The translations under genes and the position numbers were made by a program. A stretch of DNA of 64,000 nt from Chrysomallon squamiferum (lineage: Eukaryota; Animalia; Mollusca): contig CM022673.1 in assembly GCA_012295275.1 (NCBI GenBank), positions 20,956,001 through 21,020,000 on the forward strand, read 5' to 3'. The first letter of the stretch is position 1. Every line of letters begins with the position of its first letter. The notes beneath the pieces are model-generated. The model made no database searches, had not been told where the DNA came from, and worked only from the letters and a program-made list of their open reading frames with translations. Positions 40,894-52,991 of this stretch are shown in pieces.

Positions 40894-41469
40894 TAGTTTT
40901 GTTTGTTTGTTTTCATTACTGAGAGAAGATATACCAGTAAAATATAGGTCATAACTCTACCACTGTCCCATTCACTGCGCCTAGCAAAGCCACTTTGCCA
41001 GTAGTACTTTAAAAGTATATTGCAGTGTTCTTTAATATTGGTTGATATATAAACGCTGTAGTTACGGGAAAAACAACATCAATTTTTTGAAGAGTTTTAA
41101 AAAGTTTCATCGCAGAATTGTAAATATAATTATTAATTTATTCGCTTATAATCGATTACGATAGAGATTATATGGTATGGTCACACACAGTAATCCGTTA
41201 TGCCTAATAGAAAAGCATAATGGAGTAATCGATTATTATTACTTATTAAAATTATGTCATGTCTGAAATAATTTTATTTATTTATTTATTTTATTTGTAT
41301 TACTTTTAAGAAGAAAATATATACTAGTACATGTACAAGAATTATTTCAAAATTATAAAATATACATCTTGGTATAAAGGAAAATATAGTATAATTATTA
41401 TAATTTTGTTAATTTTAGAAAATTGTATTCATTAATTTATTGGAAGGCAAAAATGTAATGTTACTGTTG

Positions 41470-41527
<58 letters not shown>

Positions 41528-41628
41528 AAAGAAAAAGAGAAAAATGGAAGAAGAAGAAGAAAAACACACATATACCTGAAATAAGACAATAAAACAACAG
41601 GTAAATTTATTTTTTCGTCAATACAGTT

Positions 41629-42329
41629 TTATTCTAAATTAAGTTTATTTTTTTCATAAATTTGTGAAAACTGACGATCAGCATACTGCATACAAAATTT
41701 GCAAGTTCGTTTTCCCAGTACATCACAATAATGAGCAAAAAATGCCCGTCGATGGTAACACTTTTTGCATGCAGGATTTCTTTTGTTTCTGTCAGTGAAC
41801 TCCTGAGCAAATTTCATACTTGTGTAATGCTTCCTATTTACTGGACTAGAAAGATAATTCTGATAAACTCTTGGAACATATACCTCGCGATTACTGAAAA
41901 AATTTAAAGGATTTTCTTCCATGAAATCTTTTCTCACAAGTTCTTTTTCTCTGAGAATGTCTGCGTCAAAAAATATCTACTCATTTCAATTGGCGGGAAA
42001 ACGCTGTTGTCATCAGTATCATCGTGGTCCAATCGTTTCATCTCTCCATACAGATTGTGTTTATCAAAAGAAGGTTCCTTAATTTTGTCTTCATCTTCCA
42101 CTTTTTCTGAAGTAAGTTTAATGAACCGCCATGATGTATCGCGTTTTGGTTTTGGCTTCCGCATTTTTGGTTCTCCAATAACAAGATACTTGGAACATTT
42201 CAAAGGTGGAAGTTTGAATTCAGTGTTTTGGTCGATACGAAAACTTGAGAAAAGTTTATCACTATGGAGATTTGTGTCATTGGAGTTAAAACCGAGATAA
42301 CAGATTGGGACTGTCGTGTATACTTTCAT
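41629..42329 (-). CDS. Uncharacterised ~233-aa protein, two track ORFs joined across a 1-nt shift at the A6 run 41968-41973; C-terminal Cys/His cluster
   Basis: ATG in gctaacATGa context. Adding one base to the run gives ..EMSRYFFDADILREKELVRKDF.., continuous to the stop at 41629. AATAAA lies just downstream and a splice acceptor lies at 42363. Confidence 0.6.
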
Positions 42330-43760
42330 GTTAGCTCTCCAGACATTTTATAATAGAAGAACCTGTGAAAAATAAAGCATGACGTTTAAAAAATAAAACC
42401 ATAAGCGTTTGTTCCCCGTGTATGTATGTATATATGTATGTATGCATGTATGAATTTGTGTGTGTGTGTATATATGTTTATTATGGGCGGATAGACAGTT
42501 CAATGTGCTCATGTGTATATGCACAATAAATATAATTACGGATTAAAATATTTTAAATATTAAAACAATGAAAGTGTCTCATAAAATATCACATTTGTTT
42601 TATGTTTTCAGTAATTAAATATATCTTTTAGGATACAGGCATAGTTTTTATAATAATTTTGCACGTTAGAGTATTTTAAATAATATAAATCTAGATGTTT
42701 ACTAACTTTACCTGTAGATAAGCGTATAAGCAGTAATATTTACCTTGAACGAACGTTTCTTACAGGGTCGAAACATTTGTCATGAGAATGTCAGCTCTTT
42801 TTAACCAGGATCGTAATATGGTTTCACACAAAAACCAAAACAGTATTTCACGCCAGTGATCGATCTTTTCAGCTTTCGCTATATACTGGTACTCGACCAA
42901 AGTGTCACTACATCAATAAAAGGCAATAAAAAGGTGAACACAACAGTGATTAACCTCCATCGTGGTTTCGTGCACTTTACTGATTGACAGTCCTTTAAGA
43001 AAACTTTCAGAATTCACAATACTCCCGAAAATGGTTTCGGTGAAAGGTCTGTTAATTAATACTGCAATTTCACGGTCCACGTACTTTATTCTCTGGCTTT
43101 TAAATAAAATACAAAGAGCTAACATAAACGATTTATATAGAAAGAAAAATGAAAATAAACAAAAAAAAAAACACGTAATAATAATAATAATAATAATAAT
43201 AAAATCTGCTTGAAGTATTTATTTTACACTGTAAAATAGTTTGTGTATTTTATCTTCTACCACTAGATTTATTTTAAAGACATTGTTAATATTTTTAAAT
43301 TTTTAGTTCTTAAATAATTCTTGAATTGGTATAATATTACAAAGTTAGGGCAGCTGATCGATATATTTCTACTTCTAACTTTTCCTTGAACGGCAATCCT
43401 TCCTGTTTTAAAATGTACAAAAGGAAAAAGAAAACCTAGAATTATATTAATTACTTCGGAGCACTGTTTTTAATTTTTGTGAAATGAACTTAAGTCGCGT
43501 ATTGTTTTTATTGTCTTAATATCATTGAATATCTTCATTCTTTTTTTTTTTTTTTTTTTTTGGTGTTTTGTTATGTTGTTACGTTAACATTGTTGTTAAT
43601 AGCTAATAGTACGGGAATAGCTGGGAATAAATTTACCTGAATAGTCAGGATAAAAAGTAATAAAAACGATAAATGGTCAACCTTTAAAGGGTTAATTATA
43701 TTTATAAAGCCATATACATTTTAATTTTTGTTCTCTTTTTTTTTTTTTACTAAAATAGTT

Positions 43761-43763
<3 letters not shown>

Positions 43764-43822
<59 letters not shown>
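43764..43822. repeat. (GA)n microsatellite between two divergent orphan genes
   Basis: Pure ga run. Confidence 0.95.
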
Positions 43823-43825
<3 letters not shown>

Positions 43826-44015
43826 TTCTATGTCTGTGAAGTGTAAACATATACTAATCTGAAAATGACAAAAAACTCTTAATGACATCTGTTCAGTATT
43901 TAATCACGTTCTGTCACTGACTGATATATATTGATTGTTAATATACAGAAAAAGTAAAGAACGTTAAGTGTTTTATTTTTTCTCATATTTGACGATACCC
44001 TGTAGCAGTTGAAAA

Positions 44016-44650
44016 ATGCACATATCTATCGTTTTGACTGTGGTCGCACTGTTCTGTAGTGAAGCCGACAGCTTTGATTTAAATAATCTACTGAGACGTT
44101 TACAACCAGGAATTAATCGTAACTCGATACCTAAAATACCTCAGTTGTTTGTACCCCTTAAGGGTCAAATGAAATGGGAACTAACATCACCGCCAACAAC
44201 GCTGATGAAGTTACTTCTGACCAGAACTTCGACTGAAAAGTTTACAACAATAACGGCATCAACAACACCATCAACAACTATCGCAACAACAACACCGACT
44301 ACTTCTCCATCAACAGTAAGTATATTAATAAATAATTAATTTAATTAATTAAATAATTAAAAATAATAATAATAAAAAAAAAAAATATTTGATTTAATCA
44401 CTGTTATCGATCCTTCTCTGTTTCTGTCAGTCTATCTCTTTTTCTCTGTTTATTTATTTATTTTTAAATTCTTTAATAGCTGTAAATAATAATAATAATA
44501 ATAATAATAGATAGCTGATTTTTTTTTTTTTTTTTTATTCTTGTTTCAAAAAAATGGTCATCTACGTAAATGCTAAAACGATAACATAGAATTGCTGAAA
44601 TTAAAACTGTTATTACTTCTTACCCATATGAATTTTAAGTTAAATTAAAA

Positions 44651-44706
<56 letters not shown>

Positions 44707-46018
44707 CACAAATAAATAAATAAATGAGCGGCTTGCTTTCAGACATTCAAAGCATCGCCTACTTTGTCAGCAATGAAGTTCTCTACAGGTTTAAATTTAA
44801 CAGAATGCAACAAATATTTCATTCCTGAATTTGTCGCCATCTTGTCAAATAATTCCTTTGGAAGAACAGTTCTCGAAAAGCTCGGCATTCCTCAGGTAGA
44901 ACAGACTAGCAAAATTATTACTTTGATAGACTGATAATAAAACAGCCAGGTTTATTGCATAAAAGAAACTTCAAGGTTTAAACATAAAGCTTAAGTAATC
45001 TGTCTTCATAATTCTATTTAATAGACAAATGTAATACATATTGACATCGTTTATCAGAAATCAATTACCATACTTCTTGTTCAAAAGTGATATCACATTC
45101 CCTTTTTAATTCTTTTAACAATAAATTTATTGATAAAGCTTTACATAATTAAGAATTATTTCTAAGAAATCAACGAAGACCACTGCCCAAAAAATATGCC
45201 TAAAATATGCCCAAAATATTTTACTTGGGCATGGTTTTATGTCTAAAAAATAACATATTTCGATATTGAAGCACAAGTCGGTGGCGGATCTATATGGGAG
45301 GAGTCCAAGGTGTCTGTAAACCATCAAATTTAAGAAGTGACCCTTTTATTTAGGATTTTAAGGTGTTTTTTTTTTTTTTTTTTACAAAATATTGGCATTT
45401 TCTGTCAATGTATAGAACACTGTAGAATACGTCTGCCTGTATCCCTGTTGTAGAACTATTATATTATGGTCCATGTGAACCGTGTGTGATTTTTTCAGTA
45501 GTGTCATTTCATAAATGTGCGCTTTTTGTCATGGACTCCCCTCATGAGACAAAACTGGATCCGCCCCAGCATAGGCCTATTATGAACAGCATGCATAAAT
45601 TATATTGTTACTTAACTATGAAAGTTAATGGAAGTAAACATATCAACTGACAGACATGCAGTTATTAATGTATTTATTTTAATACTGCTTTCGGTTTAAT
45701 GTAAAGTATGAAAATATTCTTAAAGGATAATGTCATTTCTTTCTTTCTAAATTAAGCATTTAGATAAATACAAAGTTATTTCATGAACCCAAAGTTTTTA
45801 TTTTTATTATTATTATTTTTAATTTTAAATTGTTTAATTAGACACAGATATCTGAAGATGATATAAGAAATCATTTGCAGTACACCGACTGTCAAGCAGC
45901 CTTTCTCCCCGATTTTGTCGCCATCTTGACAAACAGCACTGTGGGTCAAGAAGTACTCGAAAACATGAAACAACTAGGACTTGTTTCATTTAGAGTGCCC
46001 AAGTCGCTTGGAATATAG
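44016..46018 (+). CDS. Uncharacterised secreted Thr-rich (mucin-like) protein; exon 1 44016-44315, exon 2 44743-44934 (or spliced at 44895), exon 3 45842-46018
   Basis: Signal-peptide-like start (MHISIVLTVVALFCSEADS), a T/S/P-rich stretch and a perfect gtaagt donor after codon 100. Two downstream phase-0 exons with AG acceptors encode homologous peptides. Confidence 0.75.
45280..45568. mobile_element. Probable MITE in an intron of the secreted orphan gene
   Basis: Imperfect terminal inverted repeats gtggcggatcta ... tggatccgcccc, ~290 bp apart. No TSD confirmed. Confidence 0.55.
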
Positions 46019-48458
46019 CCATAATTTAGCAAGTTAAACATTATATTATTTGGCGGTTTTATTGTTTCCTTTTAAAATCTCTGATACTCATGTACTCATT
46101 AAATCTTTATTATCATGAATTTGTTTTTCATTTGATGCGTGTTTGTATATGATAGTATGTATGCGTTGGTGTTACTCTGTGAATGTGTGTATATGTGTGT
46201 GTGTAAAATTGTATTTAAAGAATTAAAAATATTGCTCAAACGTTTCTTTAATGTTTAATAATTTTCATTTGCCTATGATTACTTATTCAGCGTCAATATC
46301 ATATATTGCCTTTTATATATTTATAATTTTTAATCACTGTTAATATTTTAATTTTATTTTAAACAAGTATTCATAAATACACGTTAAACATACTGCTGTC
46401 TGTCTCCGCTGACAGATATATTTACTTTTTTTATTTGCAGAAGTGGGCGAAATGAAGACACCTGCTGTGTAACGCAAACACGACTGTAGTAAATATATAA
46501 AACATGACAAAGACAAATATGTGCCTTGTGAATTATAGTTTGTTTGGCGTTAGTACGTGTTGTTTTTGTATTTTTTATAAGACCAATAAGAAAGCTTTTT
46601 TTTTTTTTTTTTTTTTTTAACAATGACTACAACAGGTGAACCCTGTTGGTGAACGATAATAAAATATTGATTACGTAACAGTTATTTATGAGTTCAGTTG
46701 CGTTACTGATCTTATAAATATTAAAATTTTATATTATTATTATTATTATATTTATTTTGTTGAACAATGGATGTTTAGCTCTGAAATGAAAACTGTCTTT
46801 TGTACAAAGCTACTAAACCAACTCTTGACACAGCGCGTATAGTAACATTTATAAATTTTGTTCAAGATACAGGTCAGTCAATCAATTTTATCAAAATGTG
46901 TGAACTAAAATACCCAATCAAGTAATCCAAATTTAACTAAATAACAAACAGGTGTCAGCAAGTGCAACGTCATTATCCCGATTCAAACAATGAAACGTTT
47001 AACGTTAAGGTTTAACGTTAAGATAAAGAAGTTCCATATGAAAATAAAAGGTTTTCATCAATTTTTGAATAGTAAAAACTGAATAACTATAATTATAATT
47101 AAAAATAAATACATGATAATAATAAAATAAAAAAAGAATATTGAAAAAAGTATAACCAAACGAGGCATTAAAACAAAAAGTTGGTAGTATAATTCAACGT
47201 GTTTCTCAGTCGATCATTTATAAATAACTATCTACTCAGATTTAGTGACATACAAAGGATTCATTCTGTGACCTGTCAAAATTTTGATGTGCTCTGCAAC
47301 CAGATCAGTTTCACACAAATCACACAAAAAAGTTACTCCCAGAATAAAATCCAAACATTTCACTGACCATACAGGATTGAAATTTTTTTTTCAAATTTTC
47401 AAGTGATTTGTCTATAAATATGAAATTCATTCCTGCAATTTCCTTGTTTTGTATTAATACTGTTTTATTGACTCAAGCCAGACATCACTGTATTATCATT
47501 CCAAATACTTATTTCATTATATACTATATTATATGAAAATGAAAATACTGAAAACATTTACTGATAGAAATATTAACAATTTATTAAACAAAAAATGGCA
47601 AATATAAATGAATTATGTATTAATATTTTTTTATTATAAAAGGTGTAAAAATAAAACAAGTAACATAAGTATGATATTAAAAGGTAAATAATATTGAATT
47701 ATATGACGGAAATTGATTCTGACTTCAAAAAACTTTTCCTCCTAATTATTATATTCAACTTTCACAATCAAACCTCTTTGTAACAGTGACACTTGGTATA
47801 AAGAATGTTTTTATGTTATGTATTACTAGATGCTCAAAACCTCAATACTGGCCATCTGTCTTAGTCAACAGCAAAAATATGCCAAGATTCTGGCTTCATC
47901 ATTTATTAAAAAAATTTAAATTCATTAATTTATTAACACCAAACCAGATACATCACCTGTACTCGTGTTAATAAGTTTTTCTCAAACAGCATTTACGATA
48001 GCTTCATGTTTTTGTCATTGATATGTGACATGTTATTTTGCAATACAAAACACAGTTATTAAGTTTTCAGTGTATCAGCATTTTGTGGTTGATATACAGG
48101 GATAGTGGTATAATGGGGGAATGGTCATTATAAACAGATTTGACTGGGTATAATCATATTTTTTTTCTCTATCTTTCTCACTCACCCTCTAAATAAGTTT
48201 TAAAACATGTTTTCTTCAGTTAAAATGCTGAAGATTGTTTGATAACAAGAATATTTTTTCAAACCTACACAGACACACTAAAGCACTATTTACCATTTTC
48301 TCAAATCTACCCTGTGTTAATATCACTTATAAAATCTGTGAAGCAAAACTGTTTAACACAATGCATGCAGATTCTAATAACTAAATGACTAAACAATCTC
48401 ATGCACACTGTGTCGAGAAATAAAAGGTTGTATGATGTTGATACTCAACTATCTACTT

Positions 48459-51400
48459 TCACTTCTGTAAGCTGGAAAATAAAATAAAATAAAAAACTAT
48501 ATAAAAATAAATTGAACAAAAAAGTGTATAAATTGTCACCAGAGATTTCAAAATGTTTCATGCATTAAAAGAATGATCCAATAATCATGGTCACTAGATA
48601 GTCAGTCAAATGTTTTAAATATATATAAAAATAAGATGATTGTTAAAAAACCATCATTGAAATACTTGTTAAAACAAGATTATCAAACACATACATTAAA
48701 AGAATTTAAATGTTCACGAACCTCTGAAGGTAAGAGTTGACATCTTTAAATCCACATTCTCTTGCTAGATGCACTAGAATTCCAGTTGATGACTTCCCAG
48801 CCCTTTTCCTACAGAAGCTGCAGTTACATATATGTCTACAAGGCGGACATATCCAGTTCTATCCAACAGATAAAGAAATCAAACATGAAATCAAAAAAAA
48901 AGAAAGAAAAGAAAGTACTATAATTATTAAATTAAGTCTTTATTAGCCGTAATAATGAAAATCCCAGACCAAGATCATTATGCAAGTTAACTACAATCTT
49001 TTCTTTCTTTCTAGACTTAGTTGATTTTTTGAATGGAACAAAAATAATTTTCCACTTACTGGATTTTTCAATGCCTCCTTAGCATCCTCTCCATATCGAT
49101 TCCTTAAACAAGGACCACAGAACTACAAAACAGTAATAATCATTACAAAGTAGTGGAAACAACAAAATATATTAAAACATAATCATTTTAACTATATGAC
49201 ACAAACTGTCAAAGGTTTGTTGGCATCCATGTAACATTTTAAACAATGATTTTAAAAAGTAAAAATACAACAAACATATATAATCACAGATGTATATAAA
49301 ATATTTTGTGAGGTCCATAATGCCTGAAAATTATACATTTATTTTTTTAATTGTCTAAAGCAAACAAACCTGTCCTCTAACTCCAGAACAGTCTCCTGAT
49401 CTGCAAATCGTTTTCATGTCATTAGTTTTCTGTCTACACTGGTGACATGTTGAACCCTGAAGTAAACAAATCCACAAATGATAATGATGTAATTCCCCAT
49501 CAGTCGCAAAACAAATCCAATATTTTTTATTAAAAACAACAGTTAATCATGCTGGGTCACTTTGATTAGAATATCATAAAATAGAACAGACATTTGAAAT
49601 AATGCAAAGTATTTTACATGTATGCACTACAAAACTGTATGGTTACAACTGGAATTTACATTTTAGGCAGGGTTGTTCAACTTGTTTTTGTTTTTAAATC
49701 AGTAATATATCACAGAACTTAAAAAATACATCATATATAAAAACACACACAGACATACACTATTATTCAATAATCTAAATACAAAGATTTACAGAAGGTT
49801 ATTCCTAGTACAGACATACACTCCTATTTTTGCACACCTATTCTGCTGTTATTTTGTCTACATAATATAACTCCATTCAACTTTAGAACATAATCACTGC
49901 AATATCAGCAGCTTCCCATTCAGATATTAACTCTGGATAACAAGTAAAATACTGACACAAAGGCTGTCATAACTTTTGTCACTGACAAAGTTAGCAACCA
50001 GATCAAGATCAGCCTGAGTGATTTCATCAGCTGACTTTGTATTGTGGACTGTTACTCTGTGTCTCACTGGAGTGGGTGGAAAATATTCACCCGATTCCTG
50101 TAGAAAAAAAGAAACAGATTACTAAGAGAGTAGATATATATATATATATACACACATACATACATAGATATAATGAAATGTGTTTCAGATCAGTTGAGCT
50201 AACAACTTGTTCATCAGACACATAAAGAGAATATATGCAAAACAAAACAAACCCCACTGTTTTATATCATCAGTACATGAAAAATTTCTTAAACAAACCT
50301 CTTCAAAGTCTGAAGTATCTGCAACTGACTCATGTTTGCTGCTTCCATGAAAAAAGCCAAATCGAACAACCATTTTCTATTAAAAAAATAACAATTTGCA
50401 TTAATTGCTTCTGTTTAACATAACATTATTATGAAAATAAATATTGTTTAAATGGGAAAAAATACTAATATTATATTATTTATAAACATGAACAGCTGAT
50501 TAGAATTATTATACTAAATGAATTCAGCAATTCTCAGTTATATCACATATTCAGTTATGTTACCTCTGGAGTTGACAAGGGTGTTGTGGAGTAAGATGAC
50601 GATGCTGATGATGACACTGATCCTCTTCTACTGCGAGATCGAGTCATTACCGGAGGTCCAGTAGGTACATACCGACTTTCTCTCCTTGGGTTTCTACGTA
50701 AAGGAAGATCAGGATTCTGATTTGAAGTCTTACAACTTCTCTGTAAATTAATCACAGCTAGCTTATTAATTCTCAGGAAAATGTTTTAAACACGAACAGG
50801 GGCTAGTAACATAACTCATTTAAACAGTTAATACTTGTAACTATTATTACAGCATAAATAAATAAATACAAAATATAAAATAAAATAACAAAAATGAGAG
50901 AAAAAAATCCTCACTTTTGGAAGTGGTGTCATGCATGGAAATGACCCCTTCAGTTCAGACATCAATTGAGCTAACTGAAAAATAAAAATTCAAAATATAC
51001 AGATTAAACAAAATTAAATAATGATTATGAGATTAAATATTTAAAAATCCACTAAAAAAAACACACAAAAAACAAGTATCATTAATAATTATATAAAACT
51101 CAAGTAGCCTAATTATTATATAAAATAAAATATCATTAATTTATAAACTTACTATAAAATTGCAGTTTGTTCTTTTTCTTTTAAAAAATAAACATTTCTC
51201 ACCATAGCCTTGTTTTCTTCAACGTTTTTCTCACGCAGCTGCTCATACTCACTAGGTTTTTTCTTCATACGTACCTGTAAATCGTAATAAATAATAAATT
51301 TATTCTTTTTCATTCTAAAACACCAAATCGGTAAATGCAGTGGAGTCCTAAAATATGAAATGGCGGTATATTTCGTTTCTACAAAGTAAATTGATTAAAT

Positions 51401-51756
51401 ATTTAATGCCATCTTTTCACTTCCAAATTTTATTATATCAAGTGATAACTCTACATTTATTCATTTCAATTACTTGTAAGTTGTAATTATTCAGACATGC
51501 ATTGGTTTCCCATCTAAAATGCTTAGAATTGTCCCATGAAATTTTTTTCTTCGATAGCTTAATTTTATATAAAATTAGTAATATTAATAAATAAGAAATC
51601 ATCTTTATGAGTTTATGATCTTTATCATTAATAATAATATATTTGTTATTAGTTATTACAGACATGAGTATTTAACAACATTTATGAAAACAAACAACTG
51701 TTCCAAAGAAATGCTTTATTGTGTACATGTAACCAAACACTTACTACTTTCGACAT
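48459..51756 (-). CDS. CDCA7: Cell division cycle-associated 7 family protein (zf-4CXXC_R1); exons 51756-51745, 51274-51203, 50974-50915, 50740-50564, 50376-50299, 50097-49957, 49456-49370, 49122-49060, 48858-48722, 48471-48459
   Basis: N-terminal helix [25 protein letters not shown] and zinc finger [54 protein letters not shown]. The 12-nt first coding exon (MSKV) is less certain. Confidence 0.93.
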
Positions 51757-51838
51757 TTTTACTTGACAAGATGTGATTTCGAAGACAGCTAACCACTAAC
51801 AAGTGCAAAGACCCTAACGGCCAAAACGCGTGTTGCAA

Positions 51839-51846
51839 TTTGCCGG
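51839..51846. promoter_or_regulatory. E2F-like site TTTGCCGG ~85 bp upstream of the CDCA7 ATG
   Basis: Fits TTTSSCGS, and vertebrate CDCA7 is a known E2F target. The motif is short and could be chance. Confidence 0.35.
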
Positions 51847-52991
51847 GCTTTTCCCAGAAAACATTTCCTGTCATGCGCCGTCCAGAAAATAAAACTAGAA
51901 TCATGACAGGTTAAAAAGATTGAATTTTAATACTTTTCGAATGACAGCTTGAAAAGGGACTTATTTTCGACCCTCTAATTTGTGACAATCTTACCTTTTA
52001 TTTTTTATAATATCGTTTTTAGTTTTTTGTTTAATTAATCTAAGATTAGTTCAAACAAATGAAAGAAAATACTGGGCACAAATATCCCGATGATTTTAAA
52101 TCTGAATTTTTAACAACTAATAAATGCTTCTGCTTAGTATTTTACAGTAATATTGTAAGGGCTATCCCGTATTCAAGGAGTTTTATTAATAATTTTTTGT
52201 TTTTATTTTATTGCTATTGGAAATATAAAAATTCAAATAAACCTACATTTACTTGATGAATTTGTCAGATCAATCAATTTCTTTTTTCTTCCTCCCCTTG
52301 CATCAGTTTACAGTAAAAATAACAGTAGTAGTAGTATATTATTGTTGTTGTTATTCATTTTCTGGTTGTTTTAGAATATTTCAAGCAGCACATTTTTGCC
52401 ATTCGAGTATGTTTGAAAATTATACAGATGGATAAAGAGTGAAATTAAATACTTAAGAAGGCCCACTATAGTCACAACAGAGATGCAGTAATGAGATGAT
52501 CAGTATCAGCAACTCTGATAATGCAAGCGTTACAATTTATCTGCGATTTCAATACCTACATTCCAATTAGGAGAGTTTTTCATTATTCTTTCTTTCTGGA
52601 ATAGTTTTATATATCTGCGCCTTTCATTGTAACTGTGTAATAAAACAGCAAAATAATCCTAACTCTGTATGAAATTAAATGGCAAAAAGAGATAACACAT
52701 TAACCGTAACAGCAGAAGCAACAACAACAAAATAAATAAGTAAATAAATAAAAATAAAAATGTATGTAAACATCAAACAAGTGAAACGCAGAAAACTGAT
52801 AAACGGATAAGAGGCGCTAAATAAATCTTGCATTAAATGAAATACTTTATAATTTAAAATAGTAATAATAATATTATTCAAAATATTTGAAAACGATGGT
52901 CAGGTGAGTGCTAATTCGCGTGTCTAAGAAGAAAGCACTTTACACAAAACATAAACTGCGCATGTCAGGGACGAAATAATAAACAACCGGA

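Noticed and set aside
42913-42915. In-frame TGA followed by Cys as selenocysteine
   Set aside because: The gene's 3' UTR has AATAAA almost immediately after the stop, and no SECIS-like structure was seen.
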